This document shows, one piece after another, positions 1 to 9,613 of a stretch of DNA of 64,000 nucleotides (positions are counted from its first letter, which is position 1; each line of letters opens with the position of its first letter). The position numbers were made by a program, and so were the translations under genes. This DNA is from an uncultured Bdellovibrionales bacterium (GTDB taxonomy: Bacteria > Patescibacteriota > Minisyncoccia > Moranbacterales > GWC2-37-73): positions 23,265 to 87,264 of the forward strand of contig CAZAFB010000004.1 of the NCBI GenBank assembly GCA_964484505.1. Reading direction: 5' to 3'. The notes below the pieces were generated by a model, which saw nothing but the letters and a program-made list of their open reading frames with translations, made no database searches and was not told the origin of the DNA.

Positions 1-10
1 TCTGGTTGGG

Positions 11-598
11 TTGCAAGTGAGCCACACTGCGGTCATGGGTGAAAATGGTGTTGTCAGGCAAGAGGTGATGAACACGATTGCCAGACAAGTAAAAATGCTT
101 CGTGATGAAAGATGTGATGTATTCCTTTTTGTTTCACGGGTTGCCGAGTATTGTTGCAGCGAAACGTGGACAGGAGATTTGCGGACAATATTCGGAAAGA
201 TCTGCGTGCTGCGGCAATACGCAAATGCTCTAGCGAGGCGCCATATGCAAATATGTCCTCTCGATAGCAATATCAAAACCATCAGAAAGGTGCTCGAGGA
301 GGCTTTTTACCATGAGATGGTGCCGGTAATTTCCAGTGACATTCACAACTTACATGCAAACAGGTCGAATTACTCATGCTTTATTTCCGACGATATTTAT
401 TTCGCGTCTCTTTGCTCGATGTTGAAAGCCGATGTTGCCGTGATTGTTGCGGACAAGGCGGAAGTAAACATGAAGGCAGATGAGCTTGAAAATGTTTTTC
501 CCTCCGACATGACTGTCAAAATGACCGTCTATTATCAGCCTGACTTCTTGTTGAATGCTGTTAATCCCGTGTCTGATCCCAAGCATCGCGTGGCCTGA
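11..598 (+). CDS. hypothetical protein (possibly 5'-truncated by the window edge)
   Basis: Long ORF with no recognisable motifs; followed by an intrinsic terminator. Confidence 0.3.
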   Translation: MQVSHTAVMGENGVVRQEVMNTIARQVKMLRDERCDVFLFVSRVAEYCCSETWTGDLRTIFGKICVLRQYANALARRHMQICPLDSNIKTIRKVLEEAFYHEMVPVISSDIHNLHANRSNYSCFISDDIYFASLCSMLKADVAVIVADKAEVNMKADELENVFPSDMTVKMTVYYQPDFLLNAVNPVSDPKHRVA

Positions 599-630
599 AT
601 TTCCAACTTTACCTTTCAAACTGTTTTTTG

Positions 631-666
631 GGGCGCAGCCAACGCGCTGCGCCCGCCTATTTTTTG
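631..666 (+). terminator. rho-independent terminator
   Basis: GGGCGCAGC-caacg-GCTGCGCCC hairpin followed by a T-run. Confidence 0.7.
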
Positions 667-746
667 CATAAAAACAGGCATTTGCTATACTTTAGAAGCG
701 CGTTAAAAACGTTATAAATCTTATAAGTAATATAACTTATACATAT

Positions 747-1973
747 ATGAAACAATCGAAACTGTTTACCAAAACTCAAAAAGAAATTTCCAAGGATGAA
801 ATAAGTGTTAATGCGCAACTTTTGATTCGCGCTGGTTTTATCGATAAATTGATGGCGGGTGTATATACGATTTTACCTTTAGGACTTCGTGTGATGAAAA
901 AGATCGAAAACATTATTCGTGAAGAAATGAATGCTATTGATGGGCAGGAAATATTTATGCCAACACTGCAACCCAAAGATAATTGGATTAAGACGGGACG
1001 TTGGAGCACGATGGATGATTTATATAAGGTAAAAGATTCAAGTGATCGTGAAATGGCAATGGGCCCAACACATGAAGAAGTTGTCGTTCCTCTTATGAAG
1101 CGCTTCGTTAATTCATATAAGGATTTGCCTTTTGCTGCTTATCAATTTCAGAATAAGTTTCGCATGGAGTTGCGTTCCAAGTCTGGAATTTTGCGCGGAC
1201 GCGAATTTATTATGAAAGACCTGTATTCATTCCATATTGATGAAGAGAGCCTAGACGCATATTATGAGCGTGCCAAACAAGCTTACTTCAACATATTTGA
1301 ACGTTTTGGTCTTAAAGATCAAACATATCTCACATATGCTTCAGGTGGAAGTTTTTCCAAATATTCTCACGAATATCAAACAGTTACATCTGCAGGCGAA
1401 GATATTATTCACATATGTACAAAATGCAAATTAGCAGTGAATAAGGAAATCAAGGATGAGGTAGTTGAATGCATTGAATGTGGAAACAGGGAATTTACTG
1501 AGGAAAAATCTATAGAAGTTGGAAATATTTTTAAACTGAAAAATAAATATACAAAACCATTTGATTTGAGGGTGAAGGATAAAAAAGGTGAAGATGTGGA
1601 AGTTGTGATGGGTTGTTATGGTATCGGTCTGGGAAGATCAATGGGAACAATCGTGGAAGTTCATCATGATGACAAGGGAATTATTTGGCCAGAAAGCGTG
1701 GCGCCGTTTGCAGTGCACTTGATTAGCCTTGGTCAAAACCACGAGGCGGAGAAAATATATACGATGTTAAATAATGCAGGAATCGAAGTGCTCTATGACG
1801 ATCGTGAGGCGAGTGCGGGAGAAAAATTTGCGGACAGTGATTTGATCGGCATCCCGAACCGCATCGTCGTTTCCAAAAAATCTTTGGAAAATGGCGGCGT
1901 CGAATTCAAGCGCCGCGGTTCACAGGAAAGTGAGATTGTGAAAATCGGGGATTTGGTTGCAAAAATAAAATAA
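747..1973 (+). CDS. proS: prolyl-tRNA synthetase, compact bacterial-type lacking the INS editing domain
   Basis: Class II aaRS motifs (PLGLRV..., MGPTHEE, QFQNKFRME..SGILRGREFIMKDLYSFH); 408 aa; CxxC...CxxC insert. Confidence 0.85.
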   Translation: MKQSKLFTKTQKEISKDEISVNAQLLIRAGFIDKLMAGVYTILPLGLRVMKKIENIIREEMNAIDGQEIFMPTLQPKDNWIKTGRWSTMDDLYKVKDSSDREMAMGPTHEEVVVPLMKRFVNSYKDLPFAAYQFQNKFRMELRSKSGILRGREFIMKDLYSFHIDEESLDAYYERAKQAYFNIFERFGLKDQTYLTYASGGSFSKYSHEYQTVTSAGEDIIHICTKCKLAVNKEIKDEVVECIECGNREFTEEKSIEVGNIFKLKNKYTKPFDLRVKDKKGEDVEVVMGCYGIGLGRSMGTIVEVHHDDKGIIWPESVAPFAVHLISLGQNHEAEKIYTMLNNAGIEVLYDDREASAGEKFADSDLIGIPNRIVVSKKSLENGGVEFKRRGSQESEIVKIGDLVAKIK

Positions 1974-1988
1974 TTTGAAAAATAGTAG

Positions 1989-2972
1989 ATGAAAAATGTT
2001 ATCGAAGTAAAAAATTTAAGCAAGACTTTTTCACACATACAGAAAAAGCCAGGGATTGGGAATTCTTTGCGCAATCTTTTTGCTGCTGAAAAGAGAGAAA
2101 CTCACGCTGTGAAAGACGTTAGCTTCTCGATTAGAGAAGGTGAATTAGTGGGATTTTTGGGACCAAATGGCGCAGGAAAAACGACAACCTTAAAAATGCT
2201 TTCTGGAATACTTACGCCGACAAACGGTGAGTTGAGTGTGCTTGGTTTCGAACCGATCAAGAGACAAAAAGATTATCAAATGCAGTTCGCTTTTGTAATG
2301 GGTCAAAAAAGCCAACTTTGGTGGGATCTTCCGCCGATGGAAAGTTTTTTGTTGAATCAAAAAATATATGAAGTCGATGATGAAAAATTTCAAAAAACAT
2401 TGGATGAATTGGTTGAGCTTTTAGATGTTGGTCATATTTTGGACAAGCAAGTGAGGCAATTGTCATTGGGTGAGAGGATGAAGTGTGAATTGATTGCAGC
2501 GCTCTTGCATGAACCAAAAGTGTTGCTACTTGATGAACCGACGATCGGTTTGGATGTGGTTGCGCAAAAAAATATCCGTGATTTCATTAAAAAATACAAC
2601 GAGCAAAGAAAAACCACGATCATGCTTACTTCGCATTATATGGAAGATATCGCCCAGCTTTGCGAGAGGATTATTATTATCGATCATGGTGCGGTGATTT
2701 ATGATGGATCAATTGATCAGTTTATTAATAAATATGCTGGCACTAAGAAGATCACGGTATATTTTGAAAAGGAAGTGGAGAGATCAGACGTGGAAAGATT
2801 CGGCAAATTGAAATCATTAAATCCATTGGAAGCGGTTTTTGATGTCGAACGTCAAAAAATGAAAGAAATAGCCAGCGCCATAATCACTTCAGATCTTCCG
2901 GTTAAAGATATCGACATTACCGAAGAAGACATCGAGTCGATCATTAGAAATATCTTCACAAAGAAACAGTGA
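1989..2972 (+). CDS. ABC transporter ATP-binding protein (ABC-2 type)
   Basis: Walker A GPNGAGKTT, signature LSLGERMK, Walker B LLLDEP. Confidence 0.85.
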   Translation: MKNVIEVKNLSKTFSHIQKKPGIGNSLRNLFAAEKRETHAVKDVSFSIREGELVGFLGPNGAGKTTTLKMLSGILTPTNGELSVLGFEPIKRQKDYQMQFAFVMGQKSQLWWDLPPMESFLLNQKIYEVDDEKFQKTLDELVELLDVGHILDKQVRQLSLGERMKCELIAALLHEPKVLLLDEPTIGLDVVAQKNIRDFIKKYNEQRKTTIMLTSHYMEDIAQLCERIIIIDHGAVIYDGSIDQFINKYAGTKKITVYFEKEVERSDVERFGKLKSLNPLEAVFDVERQKMKEIASAIITSDLPVKDIDITEEDIESIIRNIFTKKQ

Positions 2973-3763
2973 TGGGTAAATATATCCAAGTGATCAAAAA
3001 CAGCTTTGCGCGCAATATCGTGTATCGTACAAACGTGTTCGCGATGCTTTTTTCCGACCTGATAGTATTCGGCGTCTTCTTTTATTTTTGGAGCAGTATT
3101 TATCGCGAAGGCCATCAAGTCGGCACGTATACGTTGGCATCCATCGTTTCTTATTATTTGGCAGTTAATCTTTTCGGATTGCTTATCAAGGGTGATGATA
3201 TCGCGTGGAGAGTTGGCGACGAAATAAGATTTGGTCAAATCACTTCCTCTTTGCTCAAGCCGATTCACTATGTTTTGTATAAGTTTTCGCAGTCGATCGG
3301 CGGCTTGATTTTACGTTTGGTAGTTGTATTTTTTTCCATCACTGCGATATCGCTGTTGTTTGGTCAATATATCGATTTGCCCGATGATCCTTTGCGCGTT
3401 GTGTATTTTTTGATTTCACTTTCATTGGGATGGCTTATTTATTTTTTTCTGTTTCTTTGCGTCGGGATTGCGACTTTTTGGATTGGCATGGCTAAGGGGC
3501 TCAATTTTTCATTAAGCGTAGTTGCAGGTTTTTTGGAAGGAAGTGTGATTCCGCTTGATTTGCTCGGATCCGGATTTTTGAAAATTTCAAATTTTCTTCC
3601 TTTTAAATATATTATTTTTATGCCCGTGAGCATCTATTTGGGACGTGTACCGCTGTCAATTTCTCAACTGCTGATCCCTTTATGCTGGGCGACATTTTTT
3701 ATTTTGCTGTCGTTTATATTATTTAAATCAGGGTTAAAACGTTATGAAGCTTTTGGCGCGTAA
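2969..3763 (+). CDS. ABC-2 family transporter permease
   Basis: Multi-TM hydrophobic protein overlapping the ATPase stop by 4 nt (operon). Confidence 0.6.
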   Translation: MMGKYIQVIKNSFARNIVYRTNVFAMLFSDLIVFGVFFYFWSSIYREGHQVGTYTLASIVSYYLAVNLFGLLIKGDDIAWRVGDEIRFGQITSSLLKPIHYVLYKFSQSIGGLILRLVVVFFSITAISLLFGQYIDLPDDPLRVVYFLISLSLGWLIYFFLFLCVGIATFWIGMAKGLNFSLSVVAGFLEGSVIPLDLLGSGFLKISNFLPFKYIIFMPVSIYLGRVPLSISQLLIPLCWATFFILLSFILFKSGLKRYEAFGA

Positions 3764-4559
3764 TCTTAGAAAATATTTCTCCATCTTTTTGCAGATGCAA
3801 AAAATAGGACTTATGAATCGCATGGCATATCGCTGGAGCTTTTTATTTATGGTGGTTTCGGTTTTTTTGCAAATGGTTCTAAGTGTAATTTTCATCAACG
3901 TTACCTTTGAATATATCCCTTCGGTTGCTGGCTGGAATTATCACTCAGTATTGATCGTGGTTGCTTCCTATATGATTATTGAAGGAGTTATGTGGGCTTG
4001 TTTTGCCCAATTGGGTGCTGTTTATAATCATATTTACGAGGGAACATTAGACGGTCTTTTGCTGAAGCCGATCGATGCACAATTTTTTGTGAGTGTTTGG
4101 AGAGGTGATACGGAGGATATTACGCGAATTGTAACTGGTCTTATGTTGCTTTTATATTCTTTGACGTCATTTAATTTTAATGGGTGGCATTTAATTGGTG
4201 TTTTAACTATGTATCTCCTGTTGATTTTCAATGGTGCTGTGGTTATTTACAGTATAAATCTGTTAGTGCGGACATTGAACTTTTTTATTATTGATGCCAA
4301 GAGCGTGTGGACGATTATCGAGTCGATTACTAGGATGTCGCAATATCCAACCGATATCTTTTTCCACAAAGCCGTGCGAATTGCCGCTATGACAGTCCTG
4401 CCCTTAGCTTTCATTGCGACAGTGCCGGCAAAAATTGTCGCCTTCGGTTTTGATTGGAAATTGATCCTCGGTTCTTTCGCGGTGACCTTGGTTTTTTTCT
4501 CGCTTTCACGCGCAATGTGGAAATTCTCTTTGAAACATTATTCAAGCGCCAGCAGTTGA
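3744..4559 (+). CDS. ABC-2 family transporter permease
   Basis: Multi-TM hydrophobic protein, paralogous architecture to the upstream permease. Confidence 0.6.
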   Translation: MKLLARNLRKYFSIFLQMQKIGLMNRMAYRWSFLFMVVSVFLQMVLSVIFINVTFEYIPSVAGWNYHSVLIVVASYMIIEGVMWACFAQLGAVYNHIYEGTLDGLLLKPIDAQFFVSVWRGDTEDITRIVTGLMLLLYSLTSFNFNGWHLIGVLTMYLLLIFNGAVVIYSINLLVRTLNFFIIDAKSVWTIIESITRMSQYPTDIFFHKAVRIAAMTVLPLAFIATVPAKIVAFGFDWKLILGSFAVTLVFFSLSRAMWKFSLKHYSSASS

Positions 4560-4588
4560 TCAGAAGAGTTTATTGAGAAATGAAGAAA

Positions 4589-4618
4589 GGCGGGCTCAAG
4601 TTTGAGTCCGCCTTTTTG
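4589..4618. terminator. bidirectional intrinsic terminator between convergent genes
   Basis: GGCGGGCTCA-agtt-TGAGTCCGCC hairpin with T-runs on both strands. Confidence 0.7.
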
Positions 4619-4629
4619 GCAGGTATTTT

Positions 4630-5127
4630 TTATAATTTTTTTATGGCTTTTTCAATAAACTCCCTGGTGAGGCATCCATCACAGATTATCTTTCCATTGA
4701 GAAATTCTTGTAGTGCTCTCTCTGCGCAAAAAGCCATCATTGAATCGGAAATGTTGATTTCCGAGTGCTTCTTGTACATCTCGATTACAGCCACGTCGGT
4801 TATCAAGGAAACATGGGTGGCGCTAAATACGGAGGTGTTTCCAAAGACCTTTTCTGCTTCAGAAAGAACATCCACGTTAAGATCATCTTCAGGAAGCAAT
4901 ATTCCAAGCGCCCCCAAGATGTCTCGCGTACTTTTTTTGCAGCAGTTGCATTTTATTGACGCCAATGCAGGCTGCACATAAATTTCCACTTCAAGGCGGA
5001 ATTCGCCACCCCTGTTTGACAAGCTAATGCTCAAGGGTATAGTGATTACCAATTCGCCGCCAACCGTGATTTTTTCTGCAAGCATCTTAAGCCCTCCAAT
5101 GGAATTTTTTGTGGTCATTGACCGCAA
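4630..5127 (-). CDS. hypothetical Cys-rich protein
   Basis: ORF with CNCC and CDGC motifs; only minus-strand gene in this region, ends at the bidirectional terminator. Confidence 0.4.
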   Translation of the reverse strand: MRSMTTKNSIGGLKMLAEKITVGGELVITIPLSISLSNRGGEFRLEVEIYVQPALASIKCNCCKKSTRDILGALGILLPEDDLNVDVLSEAEKVFGNTSVFSATHVSLITDVAVIEMYKKHSEINISDSMMAFCAERALQEFLNGKIICDGCLTREFIEKAIKKL

Positions 5128-5184
5128 AAATGATAGCGTAAAAAGGCATTTCTGTCAACCCTTTTGTTTTACTTGAAATTAAAG

Positions 5185-5190
5185 TATAAT
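5185..5190 (+). promoter_or_regulatory. consensus -10 element (TATAAT) 7 nt upstream of the ispH ATG; implies a leaderless transcript
   Basis: Perfect TATAAT at 5185-5190, ATG at 5198, no SD. Confidence 0.4.
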
Positions 5191-5197
5191 TGTGCCT

Positions 5198-6088
5198 ATG
5201 ACAAAGATAACACTTTCAAAATATGCCGGGTTTTGCGAGGGGGTGGCGCGGGCATATGAAATGGTCGAAAAATTGGCGGCTGATCCAAATGTAAGGCGGC
5301 CGATTGCCGTGCTTGGTTCACTGGTTCACAACAGTGATGTTGTTGCACGTGTGGAAGCGATGGGCATCAAAAAGATAAATATCGATCGGCCAATTGATGA
5401 AATAATTTCTTCTTTGAAGGGAAAGATCGGGACACTGGTGATCACAGCCCATGGTATGGGGCCTAAGATTTATGACATGATTCAAGGAGCCGGAATCGAT
5501 ATCGTGGACACGACTTGTCCAAGAGTGATCAAGGTGCAACGTTTGGCGAAGGCTTTTTATGAACGCAACACCCAGATCGTTATTGTGGGTGATTGCAAAC
5601 ACAGCGAAGTGCGCGGTATCAATGAGTGGGGTGGTGAAAGCGCTGTGCTTATTGAAGATCAAAAGGGCTTGGACAATTTGGCGCTTGATGAAAAGCGACC
5701 GGTGGTTGTGCTTTCGCAGACGACTCAAAATGAAGACTTTGTGCGCTATGCGGAAGAAGAAATCGCCAAAAAATATCCTGACACGACGATCATGAATTCG
5801 ATCTGCATGACTACGCATGACCGTCAAAAAGAAATCCGTGATCTGGCTGCCCAAAAAGATGTGATGATCGTTATTGGATCGTTGGAAAGCGCCAACTCGA
5901 ACAGACTTTTCCAAATCGCTAAATCAGTGAACCCGCGTTCATATTTCGTGCAACATTCGGAGGAACTGAAAAAAGAATGGTTCAATGGCTGCAGCACTAT
6001 TGGCATCAGCGCCGGTGCTTCAACTCCGCAGTGGATTATAGAAGAAGTGATCAAAGATGTGGAATCAATAGCGATCAGTGAGCAATGA
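5198..6088 (+). CDS. ispH: 4-hydroxy-3-methylbut-2-enyl diphosphate reductase IspH/LytB
   Basis: GFCEGV, HN..VV, TTCP, SQTT, conserved Cys, GISAGASTP motifs. The ORF track starts at GTG 5192; ATG 5198 preferred. Confidence 0.85.
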   Translation: MTKITLSKYAGFCEGVARAYEMVEKLAADPNVRRPIAVLGSLVHNSDVVARVEAMGIKKINIDRPIDEIISSLKGKIGTLVITAHGMGPKIYDMIQGAGIDIVDTTCPRVIKVQRLAKAFYERNTQIVIVGDCKHSEVRGINEWGGESAVLIEDQKGLDNLALDEKRPVVVLSQTTQNEDFVRYAEEEIAKKYPDTTIMNSICMTTHDRQKEIRDLAAQKDVMIVIGSLESANSNRLFQIAKSVNPRSYFVQHSEELKKEWFNGCSTIGISAGASTPQWIIEEVIKDVESIAISEQ

Positions 6089-6196
6089 TCAAAAAATGCA
6101 AAACAAAAAACCAGATGCATATAACCGGGCTTATAATTTACTTTTAAAGAGCTTTTTGCTATAATTGAAGCATAAATAATCTTTTTATTTAAATAC

Positions 6197-7009
6197 ATGG
6201 CTAAGATCATGTTAGTGGAGGATGATCCGATGATTGCGGAAATTTACATGAAGAAATTTTCCGCTGCCGGTTTTGAAATGACCAATGCAACAACCGGGAA
6301 AGAAGTTTTGAAATTGGCCGGGGAAAATAAATTTGACCTGATCCTTTTGGATATGGTCATCCCTGAACTTACCGGTCTGGAGGTGCTCAAAGAGCTCAAA
6401 CATAGCGGCAACTATGTTCCGGTACCGCGAGTGGTTGTGTTCAGTAATCTCAACGAGACCGATACGCAAACCGAGGCCTTAAAACTTGGCGCGGATGGTT
6501 TTATTGGTAAATCGGAACACAGTCCTTCGGAAATTGTGGAGGAAGTGAAAAGGTTACTTGTGGAATTTTCTGAAAAAGAAAAACATCAAGTTGGAAGTTT
6601 AGCTTCTGTCGCCCCACAGCAAACAAGTCCGGCAAAAAGGGTACTGCTAATCGAAGACGAAGAAATATTTTTGGAAATGTTCGGCAAAAAATTGGAAGAC
6701 GTCGGCTTTGAAGTCGGCTATGCCAGCAATGGAGCTTGGGGTCTGAAAGAGGCTTTGGAAAACAAATATGACATTGTTGTCACTGATATCGTGATGCCGG
6801 CATTGAGCGGAGAAGAAATAATCCAAAAACTTCATGAGGATGAGAAAACTGCGAAGATTCCGGTAATTGTGCTTTCTGCATCCGTGGACCAGGATGTTCA
6901 AAAGAGAGTGGAGGATATGGGGATTGCTGATTTTTTCGTTAAAACCAAAATCGTGCCTAGTGATCTTTCACGTCGTATTGAGGAACTGATCGGCCCGGCA
7001 CGAAGTTAA
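6197..7009 (+). CDS. response regulator with two tandem receiver (REC) domains and no output domain
   Basis: Two CheY-like modules, each with an acidic pocket and phospho-acceptor Asp (DLILLDM; DIVVTDI). Confidence 0.75.
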   Translation: MAKIMLVEDDPMIAEIYMKKFSAAGFEMTNATTGKEVLKLAGENKFDLILLDMVIPELTGLEVLKELKHSGNYVPVPRVVVFSNLNETDTQTEALKLGADGFIGKSEHSPSEIVEEVKRLLVEFSEKEKHQVGSLASVAPQQTSPAKRVLLIEDEEIFLEMFGKKLEDVGFEVGYASNGAWGLKEALENKYDIVVTDIVMPALSGEEIIQKLHEDEKTAKIPVIVLSASVDQDVQKRVEDMGIADFFVKTKIVPSDLSRRIEELIGPARS

Positions 7010-7027
7010 AGCCACACACATTTTTTT

Positions 7028-8347
7028 ATGAGTAGAATTCTCATTAGTCAGACTCCCGAGCATATCGGAGAGAAAGTTTCGCTTGCCGGTTGGGTGCACG
7101 TGCGCCGCGATCATGGCAAGCTTGTTTTCATTGATCTGCGTGACCGCAGTGGTATCATTCAGACAGTGATTATTCCGGATGGCGTGAAAGCGTATGAAAT
7201 TGCCAAAGACATTCGTAGCGGTGCGGTCGTGCGTATGGAAGGCATAGTCAAAGAACGTCCGGCCAGTGCTTGCAACAATGAAACACCGATTGGTTGTGTT
7301 GAGCTGGAAGTTTCCGATATTTTCGTGCTCTCACGATCGGAAGGCGATTTGCCAATCGATATTTCTCAAGAAAAGATGGATCTTCAGTTGGAAACACTGC
7401 TTAATAATCGCATGCTTGCCATTCGCAATCCTCGGGTTGCTGCAATTTTCAGGATATATGCCGAACTTTTGCATGCATATGCTGATATCATGCGAGCGGA
7501 TGGATTTTTGGAAATAAAAACGCCTAAAATCGTGGAAGCGGCAACCGAAGGTGGTGCGAACGTTTTCAAGATCAAATATTTCGAGCGTGATGCTTTTTTG
7601 GCGCAAAGTCCGCAATTCTACAAACAAGCAGGTGCAGGCGCTTTTGAGCGCGTTTTTGAAATCGGACCGGTCTTTCGAGCAGAGCCGCATTACACGACAA
7701 GGCATGTTAATGAATATATCTCTCTGGATGCGGAAATGGCTTTTATTGAGGGAATTGAAGATCTCATGAAGCAAATAGAAAAAATGCTCTCTTTTGTGAT
7801 GGCTTCAATAGAACAACTATGTGTAGGGGAATTGGCGGCATATGGCGCAAGAGTGCCAAAAGTTGGTGTTATTCCACGGATGAAATTGACTGAAGCTTTG
7901 GATATTTTGGACAAACAATATGGCAAAAAGATGGAAGAAGTGGACATTGATCCGGAAGGCGAGAGGCTTATTTGCGAATGGGTCAAAAAGACTTATGATA
8001 GCGATTTTGTTTTCTTAACCCACTATCCCAAAAGTATTCGACCTTTTTATGCAATGCCTGGACCCGATCCTCAATATACGGAAAGTTTTGATCTTCTTTT
8101 TCGTGGGGTGGAAATTGCAACCGGCGGACAGAGGATTCATGACTACAAACAATTGGTAGCCAGTATCAAAAGTTTCGGTTTGGAGCCGGAGGCGTTTTCC
8201 GGATATTTGGAAATGTTTCGAAATGGTATGCCGCCACATGGCGGTTGGGGTATGGGCAGTGAAAGAATTGTGCAGCGCCTTTTGGAATTGGGCAGCATTA
8301 AAGAAGCCGTGCTGTTTCCAAGGGACGTGAAGCGTTTAAGTCCATAG
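7028..8347 (+). CDS. aspS: aspartyl-tRNA synthetase, archaeal/eukaryal type (possibly non-discriminating)
   Basis: 439 aa; FLAQSPQFYKQ, FEIGPVFRAE, GGWGMGSERIVQ, C-terminal VLFPRDVKRLSP closely resembles archaeal AspRS. Confidence 0.8.
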   Translation: MSRILISQTPEHIGEKVSLAGWVHVRRDHGKLVFIDLRDRSGIIQTVIIPDGVKAYEIAKDIRSGAVVRMEGIVKERPASACNNETPIGCVELEVSDIFVLSRSEGDLPIDISQEKMDLQLETLLNNRMLAIRNPRVAAIFRIYAELLHAYADIMRADGFLEIKTPKIVEAATEGGANVFKIKYFERDAFLAQSPQFYKQAGAGAFERVFEIGPVFRAEPHYTTRHVNEYISLDAEMAFIEGIEDLMKQIEKMLSFVMASIEQLCVGELAAYGARVPKVGVIPRMKLTEALDILDKQYGKKMEEVDIDPEGERLICEWVKKTYDSDFVFLTHYPKSIRPFYAMPGPDPQYTESFDLLFRGVEIATGGQRIHDYKQLVASIKSFGLEPEAFSGYLEMFRNGMPPHGGWGMGSERIVQRLLELGSIKEAVLFPRDVKRLSP

Positions 8348-8437
8348 GCGACTCTAATACTCGAATTTGCCACCCTAATGACTCTAATATTTGGGTCAGT
8401 AGATTGCTTATTGGTAAATTAGAGTCGCGCAAAAATT

Positions 8438-9613
8438 ATGCAAAAACACAAAGAACATATAGATCACGGAAAAATTCATTTGATCAGCGGTATATCTTTA
8501 GCGCTGGGATTTTCACAGGCGCTGATCCTCTATGTCGTGTCCTCGTTTTATCGAGAGGCTTCCGGCACGGAAAATGTCGGTGTTTTCTATTTCATTTCCA
8601 ATTTGATCGTACTGGTTGGGCTGCTCAACATGCACAAGTTCATCAGAAGAATGGGCAAGGCCACAGTATTTCTGTTTTTCTTTTTTGTGCAGATATGCCT
8701 GGGTGCTTTTTTGGTTATTTCCGGGCCGACATGGTTGGGCGTGCTGATTTTGATGGCGCACTTGATTGCGGTGGATATGGTTTGGGTGTCGCTGGATATT
8801 ATTTTGGAATCATATTCGACTGATCAACAATCTGGCAGAATCAGGGGGTTGCACCTGATGATTATGAACATCGGATTTTTGGCCGGACCTTTTCTTTCCA
8901 CTAGCATTCTTGAGCGCTATGGTTATTCGGAACTTTTTTTCGTCGCCATGCTCATCAACATGCTGATTTTTGTGGTTGCAATGGTGTGGCTTCGCAGAAC
9001 AAGCTATGTTTTTCGGGAACAGCTTACGGTCAAGGATTTGGCGCGCAAGATTTTCGTGAACAAGGAGTTGATGAATATTTATTACGTTTCTTTTCTTCTG
9101 GAATTCTTTTATGCTCTGATGACCATCTACATGCCGCTATATCTTGTCGATCGAGGTTTGGGTTGGGATAAGATCGGTATTATTTTCACAATCATGCTCA
9201 TCCCTTTTGTTTTGGTGGAATATCCGGCTGGGATTTTGGCGGACAAAAAAAGCGGGCATGAAAAAAAGATGATCATCATATCTTTGGTAATTATTGCGCT
9301 TTCGACACTGAGCATCTTTTTTATCAAAGGATCGCACGTTTGGATTTGGGCGGCGGTTTTGTTTGTTACGCGTATCGGCGCGGCGCTTTTGGAAGTATTG
9401 CGCGATTCCTATTTTTACAAGAAAATAGACGGGCGTGATGTCGATATAATCGGTTTTTTCAGGACCGCCAGACCAATATCATATATTATTGCGGCGACTA
9501 TTTCGGCAATGTCCGTGGCTTTATTCGGAGTGAGCGCCGTGTTTGTGGTCATTGCGATTGCGGCTTTGCTGACACTGTTTCCTGCTTTGCGACTAATTGA
9601 TAATAAATGCTGA
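8438..9613 (+). CDS. MFS-type transporter
   Basis: About 12 predicted TM helices, 391 aa. Confidence 0.55.
   Translation: MQKHKEHIDHGKIHLISGISLALGFSQALILYVVSSFYREASGTENVGVFYFISNLIVLVGLLNMHKFIRRMGKATVFLFFFFVQICLGAFLVISGPTWLGVLILMAHLIAVDMVWVSLDIILESYSTDQQSGRIRGLHLMIMNIGFLAGPFLSTSILERYGYSELFFVAMLINMLIFVVAMVWLRRTSYVFREQLTVKDLARKIFVNKELMNIYYVSFLLEFFYALMTIYMPLYLVDRGLGWDKIGIIFTIMLIPFVLVEYPAGILADKKSGHEKKMIIISLVIIALSTLSIFFIKGSHVWIWAAVLFVTRIGAALLEVLRDSYFYKKIDGRDVDIIGFFRTARPISYIIAATISAMSVALFGVSAVFVVIAIAALLTLFPALRLIDNKC

Noticed and set aside
5318-5914. Long minus-strand ORFs lying entirely inside confident + strand genes (also 21563..22171, 35897..36586, 40513..41130, 43611..44723, 51174..51938, 54613..55194, 61262..61768 and many shorter ones)
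   Set aside because: They are antisense shadow ORFs of well-supported genes (ispH, nrdD, YgjP, M50 protease, fusA, recQ, the 453-aa gene, rpsC), they have no motifs, and they would require extensive gene overlap.
8404-8823. 139-aa + strand ORF
   Set aside because: It overlaps the MFS transporter gene in another frame, and the MFS ORF is the one with coherent TM-helix periodicity.
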